Shown in pieces: positions 39,120 to 51,289 of a stretch of 64,000 bases of DNA. The position numbers and the translations under genes were made by a program. This DNA comes from Octopus vulgaris (Eukaryota). Position 1 is the first letter of the stretch. Every line of letters begins with the position of its first letter. Location of the stretch: NCBI GenBank assembly GCA_951406725.2, contig OX597821.1, forward strand, positions 60,264,001 through 60,328,000, in the 5' to 3' direction. A model generated the notes under the pieces. It saw only the letters and a program-made list of their open reading frames with translations. It made no database searches and had not been told where the DNA came from.

Positions 39120-39680
39120 GTGAATACTACACAACAACTAGCTTCACTATTCTATTGCTACCCAGAAAATAACATCCATTCTGCTTCTGGCAACATATTC
39201 CGTGTTGTTTTTAATCAGACTACACAGCATTTCTTAAGAGTTTATTTGGCAGTCTAGCTGAGAATCATGCAACGATTTCATTGGTCGAATCTAATGTAAT
39301 GTAGCTGAGGATCATAACTAGAGGTTATTTTATTCAATATAATCTCTTTGTTAATCACATTTATTTAAAAGATATTTAATTTTTTTAAAAATGTTATATA
39401 TATATATATGTATACACACATATATATAACTTTCATTTTATTTGTAATCATTGCACAAATTCTCAAACTAATGTCTTTTTAAATCAGTAAATGGTGAAAT
39501 AGTGAGAAATTTTAGCATACAAAATGTTATTTGGAAAGTTTAGCAAGCTAGTTACAAATACGGTGATTACGACCAGTTAAGATACAGTGGCTATTTTCTC
39601 CTGTGAAAATATTTTTGGTTTGGCACACTTTGATAGTCAGACAACTAGACAATATAGCTTCTGTTTTTTCATTTGCAGTT
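39120..39680 (-). repeat. Copy 2 of the inverted duplication (partner 19440-20150)
   Basis: For example 39278-39350 reverse-complements about 19930-20003 almost base for base. Confidence 0.9.
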
Positions 39681-39945
39681 ATTTTCATTATTAATGACTT
39701 TTTTCAAGTTTTGTCTTTGCTATTCCTAAAAATATGTTCTGGCCATCTGTTATGGGGTTAGTCTGGGTCATTTTAACCCTCTAACATTTAAACTGTCCAC
39801 ATCTGGTCCAAATATTCTACTTGTTTTATGTTTAAATTGGCAGATTTAGCCTCTCACGCCTAACTTACAATGTTGTTCCAAAACTAAACAATCACATCAT
39901 TCAAATTTCAAAGCTACAAGATAATGCCTGATTAATTCAAAACAC

Positions 39946-40108
39946 AGCGTAGGAGTGGCTGTGTGGTAAGTAGCTTGCTTACCAACCACATAATTCTGGG
40001 TTCAGTCCCACTGCGTGGCACCTTGGGCATGTGTCTTCTACTATAGCCTCAGGCCTACCAAAGCCTTGTGAGTGGATTTGGTAGACAGAAACTGAGAGAA
40101 GCCTGTCG

Positions 40109-40163
<55 letters not shown>

Positions 40164-40382
40164 GTGTGTATATGTGTCTGTGTGTCTGTGTTTGTCCCCC
40201 CAACATTGCTTGACAACCAATGCTGGTGTGTTTACGTCCCCGTAACTTAGTGGTTTGGCAAAAGGGACTGATAGAATAAGTACTAGGCTTATAAAGAATA
40301 AGTCCTAGGGTTGATTTGCTTGACGAAAGGTGGTGCTCCAGTATGGCCACAGTCAAAAGACTGAAACAAGTGAAAGAGTAAA
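39946..40382 (+). mobile_element. SINE family A inserted in a piggyBac-type MITE (39775-40420)
   Basis: MITE sequence stops at 'ttaattcaaaaca' and resumes 'aagcattacttttgacagagtaatctgaatgctaaag' after the SINE. Confidence 0.88.
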
Positions 40383-40547
40383 GCATTACTTTTGACAGAG
40401 TAATCTGAATGCTAAAGAGTTATAAAAGAATTGGTGTGGGTGCTGGTGCTGTGTAAAAAGCACTGATGCTGGTGCTAATTAAAAAGCACTGGTGATGGTA
40501 CCACATGAAAAACGCCCAGTACACTCTGTAGAGTGGTTGGCATCAAA

Positions 40548-40841
40548 ATAATAATAATAATAATGAAATTATTGTATACAGTGCTCAGGTGCACCACAAC
40601 TTGTCAAAAGTGCGTATAAAGCATATGCAGTAATGTACAACTGTCTGGAAAGTGAACAGTGTATGAGTCAGATACATGCTTGCATGTGTATAGAGGGGAG
40701 AAAATCAGGTGTAGTGTTGGCGAATCTCAGGAAGCATGGAAGTTTTGAAGGATGCAGTGCTCCGTCAACTAACAACTGATGCTGGCAGTTTGTTCCATGC
40801 TTCAGTAACTCTTAGCATGAAAAAATGTTTCTGAAAGTCAT
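40548..40841 (-). mobile_element. CR1-clade LINE 3' end inserted in an RTE tail
   Basis: Minus strand DFQKHFFMLRVTEAWNKLPASVVS*RSTASFKTSM, then 3' UTR and (ATT)n tail. Host RTE tail at 40440-40545 and 40850-40980. Confidence 0.8.
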
Positions 40842-41731
40842 TAGAATGGTTTCTATATCTAGCTGTAGAAACCAAACCAAAACAAACTATGGAACCAGGT
40901 GCAGCCCTTGGCCTTATCAGTTCCTGTCAAAATGTCCAACCCATGCCAGCATGGAAAACAGATGATGATGATGATGATGGAGCCAAACTTCAGGTCGATT
41001 GTGATGTAAGTCTTAATAATTCTCTGTAATTTTGGCACAAGGCCAGCAGTTTTGACTTGACAGGTATTTATTTATCAAAAACCTGAAAGAATGAAAGGCA
41101 AAGTTGACCTTGGAAGAATTTGAACTCAGGATGTAAAGGACTGGAAGACATGCTGCAAAGCAATATGTCTGATGTGCTAACAATTCTACCTTAGCAATGT
41201 CTTAAGAAAGCTCTTTCAGATGAAATAGTCTAATAAGTTTCAGAGATTCTTAGCACATCAATTTTATAACTTCCTTATGTCTTGTGAAGGTGTATAGCCT
41301 CTTGGTTAGGATATTAAGCTCATGATCATAAGGTGATTGGTTCAATTCCTGTGCTGGGCAGTGTAATATGTTCTTGAGTGGGGTATTTCATTTTTGAAAA
41401 ATGAATAATGGCTAAGTGTTGCTGCAACTCTTCCTCTTCTTCCATCTGTCCCATTCTGGGTGAGCCGCTGAGTCAAAACTGGGACACCACCTTACAGGGT
41501 GTGTGTGTGTTTGATCACAACGACATAGCAACTTCAAACGAGTTGAAGGAGGCTCATCATCATCATCATCATACAACTCCCCCACCACCACCATCATCTT
41601 CAATTAATGTCTGTTTTCTATGGGCTGGGGAAGGTCTGATAGGAGCTGGTGAGCCAGAGGACTGCATCAAACCCTAATGTCTGTTTTGGCATGGTGTCTA
41701 TAGTTGAATGCCCTTCCTAATGCCAACCATT

Positions 41732-42175
41732 AGGCTGTACAAGCTACATACAGATATGTAGTAAATAAAGCTGAGATTCAACAATGATTTCACAGACAAA
41801 TTTAGTGCGAAGGTAGGAGTCCATCAATGTTCAGTCCTCAGCCCTCTCTTACAAATCACTGGGTCATCATTACGGACCATCACTGAGGAGTTTACCACTG
41901 GCTTCCCATGAAACCTCCTATATGATGATGATCTAGTTCCTATGGTTGAATTTCAACTGGAATTAGAGAGAAAATGCCAGGCAGAGAAGCTAAACCTAGA
42001 ATCGAGAGGTTTCAAGGTAAACTTAGCAAAGACTAAGGTTTTAGTAAGCAGGAAAGAAGTCAGGACCCTGTGGTTTTCAGATAAATGGCTTTGTTCAGTG
42101 TGCAGGAAAGAAATTGGTATAAACTCCATGTGCTGTATCCAATGTAAGCTATGGACATGCAAGAGGTGTGGAGTA
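41732..42175 (+). pseudogene. Second RTE reverse transcriptase fragment
   Basis: VGVHQCSVLSPLL, LLYDDDLV (decayed YADD), LESRGFKVNLAKTKV, WLCSVC..CIQCKLWTCKRC. Confidence 0.85.
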
Positions 42176-42898
42176 ACTGTAGCTCTTTCCAGCTGAGCAT
42201 CCCTAATCTCGTGGTCTCATAGGTGCTGGTGTCAGGTAGAAAGTGCCTTTGCTAGTGCTGCATAAAAGCACCCAGTACACTCTGTGGTTGGCGTTAGGAA
42301 GGGCATCCAAGCGTAGAAACCATGCCAAAACAGACAAGGAGCCTGAATAGCTCTTCAGCCTGTCAGCTTTTGTCAAACTGTCCAACCCATGCCAGCATGG
42401 AAAACGGATGGTAAATGGTGATGATGATGATGATGATGAATTTTACTAATAAGGGCTAATAAATCCGGAGAAATTAGATACTGGAAGACTCATTATGTGT
42501 GTGTGTGTGTGTGACCCTGTATTGACTTTGTGTGATGGTTCTAAATGAACATCACTGTCATGCAAGTGATATCCTACATTTCCAGTCTTCCATGAAAACT
42601 CCCTGGCCATTGGGAAATAGTTCCCTTGCTTAGAAACGAGTGCAGATTTATATGGCAGAATGTACGCTGGTATGAAGTTAGTGTGTAGAGGTTGAGACAT
42701 TTTGTATTCTGCAAAGTCTACATTTGCTGCCTCCTCCATCTTGCATCTTTGACCTCTTATTTTCTTATTGTTTACCCTCACCCACTCATCTTACCCATCT
42801 GTCATTGTCTTACATCCTTTCATCTCTCATCTTATCATTTGTGCTGACTGCATCATCATAATCCCTCTGGCCCACTTGCCCTTCACCAGGCACATGTA

Positions 42899-43463
42899 TT
42901 ACTCTTTTTACTCTTTACTTGTTTCAGTCATTTTGACTGTGGTCATGCTGGAGCACCGCCTTTAGTCAAGCAAATCAACCCCAGGACTTATTCTTTGTAA
43001 GCCTAGTACTTATTCTATCGGTCTCTTTTGCCAAACCGCTAAGTTACGGGGACGTAAACACACCAGCATCGGTTGTCAAGCAATGCTAGGGGGACAAACA
43101 CACACACGCATATATATATATACATATATACAACAGGCTTCTTTCAGTTTCTGTCAACCAAATCCACTCACAAGGCTTTGGTCGGCCCGAGGCTATAGTA
43201 GAAGACACTTGCCCAAGGTGCCATGCAGTGGGACTGAACCTGGAACCATGTGGTTGGTAAACAAGCTACTTACCACACAGCCACTCCTGTGCCATATATA
43301 CAACGGGCTTCTTTCAGTTTCCGTCTACCAAATCCACTCACAAGGCTTTGGTCAGCACTAGGCTATAGTAGAAGACACTTGCCCAAGGTGCCACACAGTG
43401 TGATTGAACCTGGACCATGTGGTTGGTAAGCAAGCTACTTACCACACAGCCACTTCTATGCCT
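42899..43463 (-). mobile_element. SINE family A with tandemly duplicated head
   Basis: Full copy at 42899-43293 and second head at 43294-43463. Confidence 0.88.
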
Positions 43464-44050
43464 ATTGAGTACTGTATCAGGCCATCTTCACCTCTCTACC
43501 ATACTCTCTGTCCCTAGGCCATTTATAAGAGACTGCATCAAACCATCTATCTATTACACACTAAGTTTGCTTTTTCTGAACTGTCAGCCATCACTCTCTC
43601 TCCCTTCTATATCATTTTTATTGTTACCCCTCACCTATTCTTATCCTTATCTCACCATCTGTTGTTACCTTTGTCCTTTTCTACTGTTGACAGTTACTTT
43701 TTTACCAATTCTACCCAACATAATCCTGCCTTTCTCATCAAACTTTTGTTCATTTCACCCACCCATTTCTGACATTTCTTTCTCTCTCTCCTTGGTCTAT
43801 ATACACATCTTAAGTAATTGAGTCCTCTCTACATTTACTATGTACAAGGCCCCTCCCTTTCAATGCAGAAAACTTCGACCACACCCCATCCCATTCCCAC
43901 ACCATGCTCTTAGAGTGGTTGGTGAATGAGAACTCTGTTGTGCTGGCACCATGATAAAATGTACCTATTACAAGCTTAAAAGCAGAGAAAACATGAGTTT
44001 ATGGGATCTCCTAAGGCTTGTTTTGCTGGAGACTATTCAATTTTTCTTGA

Positions 44051-44465
44051 GATGCAGGAGTGGCTGTGTGGTAAGTAGCTTGCTTACCAACCACAAGGTT
44101 CTGGGTTCAGTCCCACTGCGTGGCACCTTGGGCAAGTGTCTTCTACTATAGCCTTGGGCCAACCAAAGCCTTGTGAGTGGATTTGGTAGATGGAAACTGA
44201 AAGAAGGCCATCGTATATATGTATATGTATATATATATGTGTGTGTGTGTTTGTATGTGTGTTTGTCCCCCCCACCAACATCGTTTGACAACCGATGCTG
44301 GTGTGTTTACGCTCCCTTTACTTAGTGGTTCGGCAAAAGAGACTGATAGAATAAGTACTAGGCTTACAAAGGATAAATCCTAGGGTCGATTTGCTTGACT
44401 AAAGGCAGTGCTCCAGCATGGCCACAGTCAAATGACTGAAACAAGTAAAAGAGTAAAAAGAGAGT
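44051..44465 (+). mobile_element. SINE family A, full length
   Basis: Homology to 14663; inverted relative to the 42899 copy about 600 bp away. Confidence 0.9.
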
Positions 44466-44649
44466 ATAGAGAGATGAGAAAATGCATCCAGTATACTCAA
44501 GAAAGTGGTTGGTAATAGGGAAAGCATCTAGACACAGAAACCAAGGCTTACATGTACCAATCTATGAGAGTAATGGTTTCCAATGAGAAGTAACTTGGAC
44601 CATGGCAGCCTGCCTCACCCGTGCTAGAAATTGGATGTAAAAAAACTAC

Positions 44650-45110
44650 TATTATATACCTATGGTATGTCCACATAGTTTGCATTCTCAGTCTGGAGCC
44701 CTATCTTGTCCAGAATATCGATCTGCTGGAAACTGTACTGAGATATGTAACCAGACAAATATCTTTCGTCAGTCACATAACCTTTTATCATTCAGATTAC
44801 TCTGTCAAATGTAATGCTTATTTATTCACATTGTTTTGAATTAATCATGCTTTACCTCGTAGCTTTGAGGTTTTAACGATGTGATTGTAGATTTTTAGAA
44901 TGACATTGTAGCGTAGGTGTGAGAAGCTAGATTTGGTCAGTTTGAGCATAAAATTGGTGGAATATTTGGGCTGGTTATGGTTGGTTTAATTAAATGCCAA
45001 AGTGTTAACATGGCTAACTTCTTTGGGCCACAATACCACTACAGTGTTGACGTCTAGCATCTGACTTGTTAGAAGCCCACAAGATTATCCACCATATTTC
45101 CAATGACAAC
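44650..45110 (+). pseudogene. Decayed CR1 ORF2 fragment split by a piggyBac-type MITE (44778-45008)
   Basis: SVWSPYLVQNIDLLETVLRYVTRQI and RLASDLLEAHKII resemble CR1 'VWSPYLKKDIDLLERVQRRATR' and 'RLRGDLIETYKI'. Confidence 0.7.
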
Positions 45111-45231
45111 TTTGGTCACCTTTCTGAATTCAATATCTTTCACACTTGTTAATCCCTCCTAATATAGGCACAAGGCCTGAAATTTTGGGGAAGGTCAGTG
45201 AGGAGAAGGCTAGCCAATCACATCAACCCCA

Positions 45232-46098
45232 GTTGGGCTTCACGGAGGCGATGGTGAGTGACTGAGACCTTTGGAGATATGCTGTGCTTGAGAAGACCCT
45301 GCAAACCAAATGAAACCGTAACTGTGGCATATGCCAGTGCAGCATAACCAGCCCATTTAAAAGTACCTTTCAATCATTGGGCAAGAAACTGTGCTTAAGG
45401 CGGTGAGCTGGCAGAAACGTTAGCACACCGGGCGAAATGCTTAGCGGTATTTTGTCTGCCACTATGTTCTGAGTTCATATTCCACCGAGGTCGACTTTGC
45501 CTTTCATCCTTTTGGAGTCGATTAAATAAGTACAAGTTACGTACTGGGATCGATATAATCAACTTAATCCGTTTGTCTGTCCTTGTTTGTCCCCTCTGGG
45601 TGTAGCTCCTTGTGGGCAGTAAAGAAAAAAGAAATAAGAAACTGTGCTTGTGAAGACCTGTTGAGTCGAGTGAAGTCATTGTTGTGGCCAATGCCAGTAC
45701 CGCCTGTCTGGCACCTGTGTTGGTGGCATGTAAAAGGCACCATTCAAGCGTGGTTGATGCCAGTGCCGCCTGACTGGCTTCCATGCTGGTGGCACATAAA
45801 AAGCACCATTTGAGTGTGGTTGTTGCCAGTGCTGCCTGACTGGCTCCCATGCCAGTGGCACAAAAAGAGCACCATTCAAGTGTGGTCAATGCCAGTACTG
45901 TCTGACTGGCCCTCATGCCACTGGTATGTAAAAAGCACCCACTACACTCTCAGAGTGGTGGGCATTAGAAAGGGTATCCAGCTGTAGAAACTTGATACAG
46001 ATTGGAGCCTGGTACAGCCTCCTGGCTTGCCAACCCTCAGTCAAACCGTCCAACCCATGCCCGTATGGAATGCAGACATTAAAAGATGATGATGATGA
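45232..46098 (+). mobile_element. RTE 3' end (ORF C-terminus, 3' UTR with 4 x 66-bp tandem unit) interrupted by SINE B with a 14-bp TSD
   Basis: MVSD*DLWRYAVLEKTLQTK*. SINE B at 45397-45635 flanked by AAGAAACTGTGCTT (45383-45396 and 45636-45649). Units start at 45693, 45759, 45825 and 45891; (gat)n tail. Confidence 0.88.
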
Positions 46099-46240
46099 AC
46101 CTCTTCAAAGGATGAAGGACAAAGTTGGTGTCTGTGGGGTTTGAACTTGGTATACAAAGACAGTATGCTCTAACTTTGTCTGGTGTGCTAACGATTCTGC
46201 CAGCATACCACCTTCTGCTTATAAAATAATAATAATAATG

Positions 46241-46272
<32 letters not shown>

Positions 46273-46277
<5 letters not shown>

Positions 46278-46953
46278 CAAAATAGACAACACAGCAGAAA
46301 GTGATAAGTGCAGAATCTGTGGACAAAATGGTGAAACTGTATGGTATATTAGCAGCCAATGTACGCCACTAGCCCTGAAAGAATATAAGAGATGCCATGA
46401 CAATATTGGCAGGCTTGTCCATTGGACACTTTGCAACAAGTATGGACTTGTCAACAAAAAATTGGTGCGACCACAAACCTGAAGGCATTTTCGAAAACAG
46501 AAATGCAAAGATCCTATGGGATTTTATGATTCAGTGCAACCATGAGATAGAGAATAGGAAGCCAGACATAGTCCTAATTGAGAAAGAAAATAAATTATGC
46601 TGGATCATAGATATAGCATGCCCAACTGACAACAAGGTATGCAATAAGGAAAAAAAGAAAAGTCGAGAGATATGACAGGTTAGCTTGGGAAGTTAAGCAG
46701 TTGTGGTCGATGGAAAAGGTAGTAGTAGTACCAATAATTGTCAGAACTCTGGGAACAGTGAGCAAAAATCTCGAGAAGTATGTGGAACAAATAGGGACTG
46801 CAATAAGGGTGGAGCACTTGCAGAAAACAGCACTGCTTGGAACTGCTTGAATACTCCGGAAGGTGCTCGAAAAAAAAGAGATGTTACCTTAGTTCACTGG
46901 TAGTGAACAGCTGACACTGTAGTACATCTCCAGCGTTAGAAGCTGTGCAAAAG

Positions 46954-46956
<3 letters not shown>
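46273..46956 (+). mobile_element. 5'-truncated R4/Dong-clade non-LTR retrotransposon (zinc knuckle plus restriction-like endonuclease) inside (TAA)n
   Basis: CRICGQNGETVWYISSQC (CCHC with H to Y), CHDN (for RHD), ILWDF, NRKPDIVLI, IIDIACP, VPIIVRTLG, LQKTALLGTA. Frameshifts present; (AAT)n on both sides. Confidence 0.9.
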
Positions 46957-47024
<68 letters not shown>

Positions 47025-47027
<3 letters not shown>

Positions 47028-47583
47028 GCCCTGATGCAGTACCAGGCAGTGGCTCTCATGGCTTCTGATCTTAACTGATTGGAAGTGCTATCATGTACAT
47101 TGTTTTGTCTTGGTATAAAAGATGGGCTACAGCAAATATTCTGTTCAATACCACAGATTTGCTTGTCAGTTGTTTGACCTTAACCAGTTGAGCATGTCTC
47201 TTAGTGGCTGACGATATGTGCATCTCTGATCACGAGCAGAAGTAGTAGGGGAGCATCATAGCCATGTGTTGAGAAGAATTCTTTGGGGTTTGAATGATTC
47301 ACCTTTGGAAACATGGGTGTTTCATTCAACATCCTTAAACAACCCTTAATCAGGGACCTTTTGAGTGGGATGGGTTACCCAACCAGAAGAAAATTCTAAT
47401 TGGGCCCCCACCCTCAAGGTCATGTGCTGTTTATCTTGTTATGAGATCACCATGTCGCGCACATATGGTTGTGATGCATGTGCCTGGTGTACCCTTATCA
47501 GACGAGTAGTCATGATGGGTATACTGCGCTTCGTATATTTGTACCCCAGTGTCACTTTGATGGCATGCACTGCTCTCTCACTC
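47025..47583 (+). mobile_element. Unclassified 560-bp non-coding retroposon within the same (TAA)n array
   Basis: Flanked by (AAT)n on both sides; its 3' half recurs at 1544-1819; no tRNA head recognised. Confidence 0.7.
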
Positions 47584-47984
47584 AATAACAATAATAATAA
47601 CAATAATAATAATGATAATAATAAAACCCAGCACAGCATGCATGACATTTTGTGGCATTGGTTTCATGGTCAGAATTTTCAAAGCATGAAATAGTTAGCT
47701 GACACATCCCAAAATTCACCAACACTTTACTCCTGAGGTGCCTATGCATTCTTCTTTATGGTTCTTTTACTGGTCATTTTTCTGTCTTTCTGTGTTTTAT
47801 TCGGTGCACGAGTATGTGTCCATTTACTCTTGATTATATCATTGTTCTCCTTCTTCACCTGACTTATTACTGCTTTTTCTGCCCCTCTTTTACCCTTTTT
47901 TGATGGGTTGCAGTCTACCTAAGCATTGTATTTAATGAACTTATTACTATTTCCTTTCATCAACATTTAAAGCCCTTTATCCAT

Positions 47985-48275
47985 TCTGGCATGGGTTGGA
48001 CGATTTGACCAGACAAGCTGGAAGGCTGCACCAAACTCCAGTCTGATTTGGCATGATTATCTACGGCTGGATGACCTTCCTAATGCCAACTACTCCGAGA
48101 GTGTAATGGGTGCTTTTATGTGCCACCGGCACTGGTGCCATTTGCGTGACACCAGTATCTGCCACGACTACAATTTTACTTGGCTTGATGCGTCTTCTTC
48201 TCAAGCACGACATAATGCCAAAGGTCTCAGCCATTCGTCATTGCCTCCGTGAGGCCCAACATTCGAAAGATCTTT
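47985..48275 (-). mobile_element. RTE 3' end
   Basis: Reverse of the 45232 sequence ('cttctcaagcacgacataatgccaaaggtctcag'). Confidence 0.75.
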
Positions 48276-48428
48276 TTATAAAACAAAAATTAGCGAATAC
48301 ATAAGTGAGTAGGGGCATGGAGCAGAACAATAAAGACGAATTAAGTACCGCTGAAGACAAATTCTTCATTTACCGAAATTACTTCCGCTGCTAGCACACA
48401 CTCACACCCATTTATTTCTAACGCATTT

Positions 48429-48472
<44 letters not shown>

Positions 48473-48779
48473 GCTATATGATGTAAAAAAAAAAATTGTG
48501 GTCTAAGGGAAAAAACTCTTGTAAATTTATTTCAGTTGTATTACTTCCCTTGTCCATGTCTAGAAATTATGATCAAATGCATTCCAACCGTTATTCTCAC
48601 CCTTCCTCTTTTTAGATGTAGGGAATTGTGTCTTTCTTTCTTTCTTTTTTTTTACAGACATTTGGAATATTTCTAGTAGGTCTAGTGTCAACGCAATGAC
48701 TCCCTATTTAGCTTGGTTAGTTTTTGTATTAGTTTCTTTTATACTTGTTTAAGTCTTTGACCGACAGCTATGCTGAGGC

Positions 48780-50870
48780 AAGGGGTTGTAAATAATTGAT
48801 TCGAACCTTTCCAATGAATTATTTTCCAAGCAAACTTGGATTGGAACACAGGCCAATCAATTATTGCAATTAATTGTCAATTATTTTGCCGAACGTAAAA
48901 ACACCGTATATTTTGGAGTGTTTTAGCTTCGATTTAGATAAGAGCCAAAATGATAGGAAAATAAAAGGCACGTCTTATAGTTTCAAAATACTTGATTATC
49001 AGAAAACATTCAAAGTTCAATTTCATTGATTTAGAATAAGGAACAAACAACATGTATACTCTACATTGTACAGAAGTTGAAAAATAAATACGTTGAAAGT
49101 CTTTAATTGAAAGAGTTTCCCAAACGGGAAGCACAATTAAAATGTTCCAATATAGCAAAAGGTCATGAACGATTGCAGATTTCTGAAACTAGTTTTTCAT
49201 CCCAGAAAGTGAGATTGACTTTTAGAAATAATTGCATGTCTAAATTCATTGCCGAAAATCATTAAAAGCGTAAGCAGCTGAGCTGAAGAAACGTTCCACG
49301 ATGTTGGTAACAAAAATCTACAGCTCAGATATTGCTAAGGTGAAATTCGATCTTTTTTGTGTTATTTAAAACAAAGTGAAGCAAAATCACCATCTTCTAC
49401 AGGTAAATCAGACTGTTGTGACGTGTCTGTCGCCACTTTCAGGTGATGTAGAGTAGCCACTTCATCCACAGTTAGCTCTGCTTCTGCCTGTTGTAAAATT
49501 TTCATAAATCCACTTTCAAAATTTCGGCTGTGCAAAATGGCTGCCGATGGAAGCAAATATTTTAAAAACACCTCGTATGGATACAATGCGAGAATTTCGT
49601 CAAAAAGAATTCGAGCATCTCCCAAATCTGTTTCTGTTCTTTGCAAGGCGACTGTTACTGAGCGTAACTTTCCTAAACTGTCATTTAGAGTCTACAGATC
49701 ATTATGATCCCATGGAGACAACAGATAATCAACTAGCTTTGGATCGCCTTGAAAAGAGTCTAAAAACGGCTTGAGTTGGATGTACCTCTCAATCATGTCA
49801 TATGTACTGGACCAACGGGTCTTATTTCTTTGTATAGGTTGCAAAGGCGTTTTTTCCCAAAGTTTACAAGTTTTAATGATTTTAGCTTGTCCATCAACAT
49901 ATCAATTTAATCAAGTAGAACTTCCTGCTTGTCGAGATAAGCAGGAACAGCTAGATTGAATTTATGGGAGGCATATCCAATCAATGTTATTCTACATAAA
50001 TTCATCATAGACTTGTTCACTTCTGTATTATCTCCTACAACATTTTCTAAATTTTTTATTATAGACACTTACCACATTCTCTATAAATTCGAGATAATCA
50101 GAAGCAGTGAACGATGTTTCACGTACCATTGGTGAAAATGCCAGTAAAACAATACAATAGTAATTTTGATAATTGCATGAATAAGATGCAAAAAGTCCAA
50201 TGAAATGCGTTGAACTCTTAGTTCCTTCGATTACCAACGAAAATTTACTTGCAAGTTCATCAGATTTTTTTCTACCCCACGTCTTGAGTAAGTTTCTCCA
50301 CGTATCTCTTTATGGTCACATTCGTCATACTTCCACGAGTCAGTGGGTCTTCAATAAAGGAAAATGGTTTTAAGCCAAAACATACCCACTCAATCCAACC
50401 ATAAACATTTAAGACCGAGCAACTGACCAAACTACTTCTTGGTGAAAGAAAACCCAATGAAGATGGCTGCCCAGTTGGTTGTGTAGTAGAATACTCTGGA
50501 TGCTGGTTTTTTATATGATTCATAAGATTTGTCAATCCAGTTCTTTTTTGCTAGGTCAACTTTTTTCCGCACTTGCATTTTCCATATATGTTCACTGTCT
50601 GTTTGGTTGAAATATTTTCTGACGATTTGGGGGTTTTCATACGGCATACGTTAGTTTAAAATAAAAGATATTTTGCCACAGATTAAAATAGAAGATATTT
50701 CGCCACTCCACTAATGGAAGTCTGATTCAGTTAATATGTTGGAGTGGAATTCAAGATAAAACCATGTTGCAGGTGAAGTTATGATTGAAGACAGATGTAT
50801 AGAATTCATTCATTTATATTCTTTTATTTATTTATGAAATTCTTAAAATTTCTCACCATTGATAATTATG
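48780..50870 (-). mobile_element. hAT DNA transposon (boundaries approximate)
   Basis: Candidate terminus AGGGGTTGTAAATAATTG at about 48781 with CAATTA subterminal repeats; encloses a transposase pseudogene; second TIR not found. Confidence 0.7.
49163..50647 (-). pseudogene. Nearly full-length disrupted hAT transposase (BED finger, DDE core, dimerisation domain)
   Basis: Start MPYENPQIVRKYF; TNLMNHIKNQHP (BED end); VIEGTKSSTHFIGLFA (first D region); IGYASHKFNLAV (CxxH region); KTRWSSTYDMIERY; LQ..DARILFD; TNIVERFFS; NLDMQLFLKVNLTFWD..*. Multiple frameshifts. Confidence 0.9.
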
Positions 50871-51289
50871 TATAGTACTATTTCATTCTTTTTAGAAACC
50901 ATCAGCATGATAAAACTTCCATCTTTAATAATATATCCCACATCATAAAATGTTTAATTAGTATAGCTTCTCTGCTTCCTCAACACCACTTCTTGTCTTC
51001 TTCCCCTTTGACAAGCCATTACCAGCTACCCTGTCCCACACAAAACTATCCAACCCATGCCAGCAAAGAAGTTGGATTTTAAATGATCATATTACAATGA
51101 CGGTAATTTTAAATGACATATCCAAACTTTTGTTTCATTTAGTGTCACAGTAAAATCTAGGAAACAGAATAAATGTTCTGTGATTTCTGGAAAAATTGCA
51201 TGATTCCACAGTCAAATAAGTTCAGGAACCACCATTCTAGATAACAACTATGAGAAATATTTAACAATTAGAAATGCTAGGGAAAAGAA

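Noticed and set aside
39979-40386. Recurrent peptide 'LLSVSVYQIHSQGFG.PEAIVEDTCPRCHAVGLNP' suggesting a gene family
   Set aside because: It is the antisense reading of the SINE A head, present in every copy.
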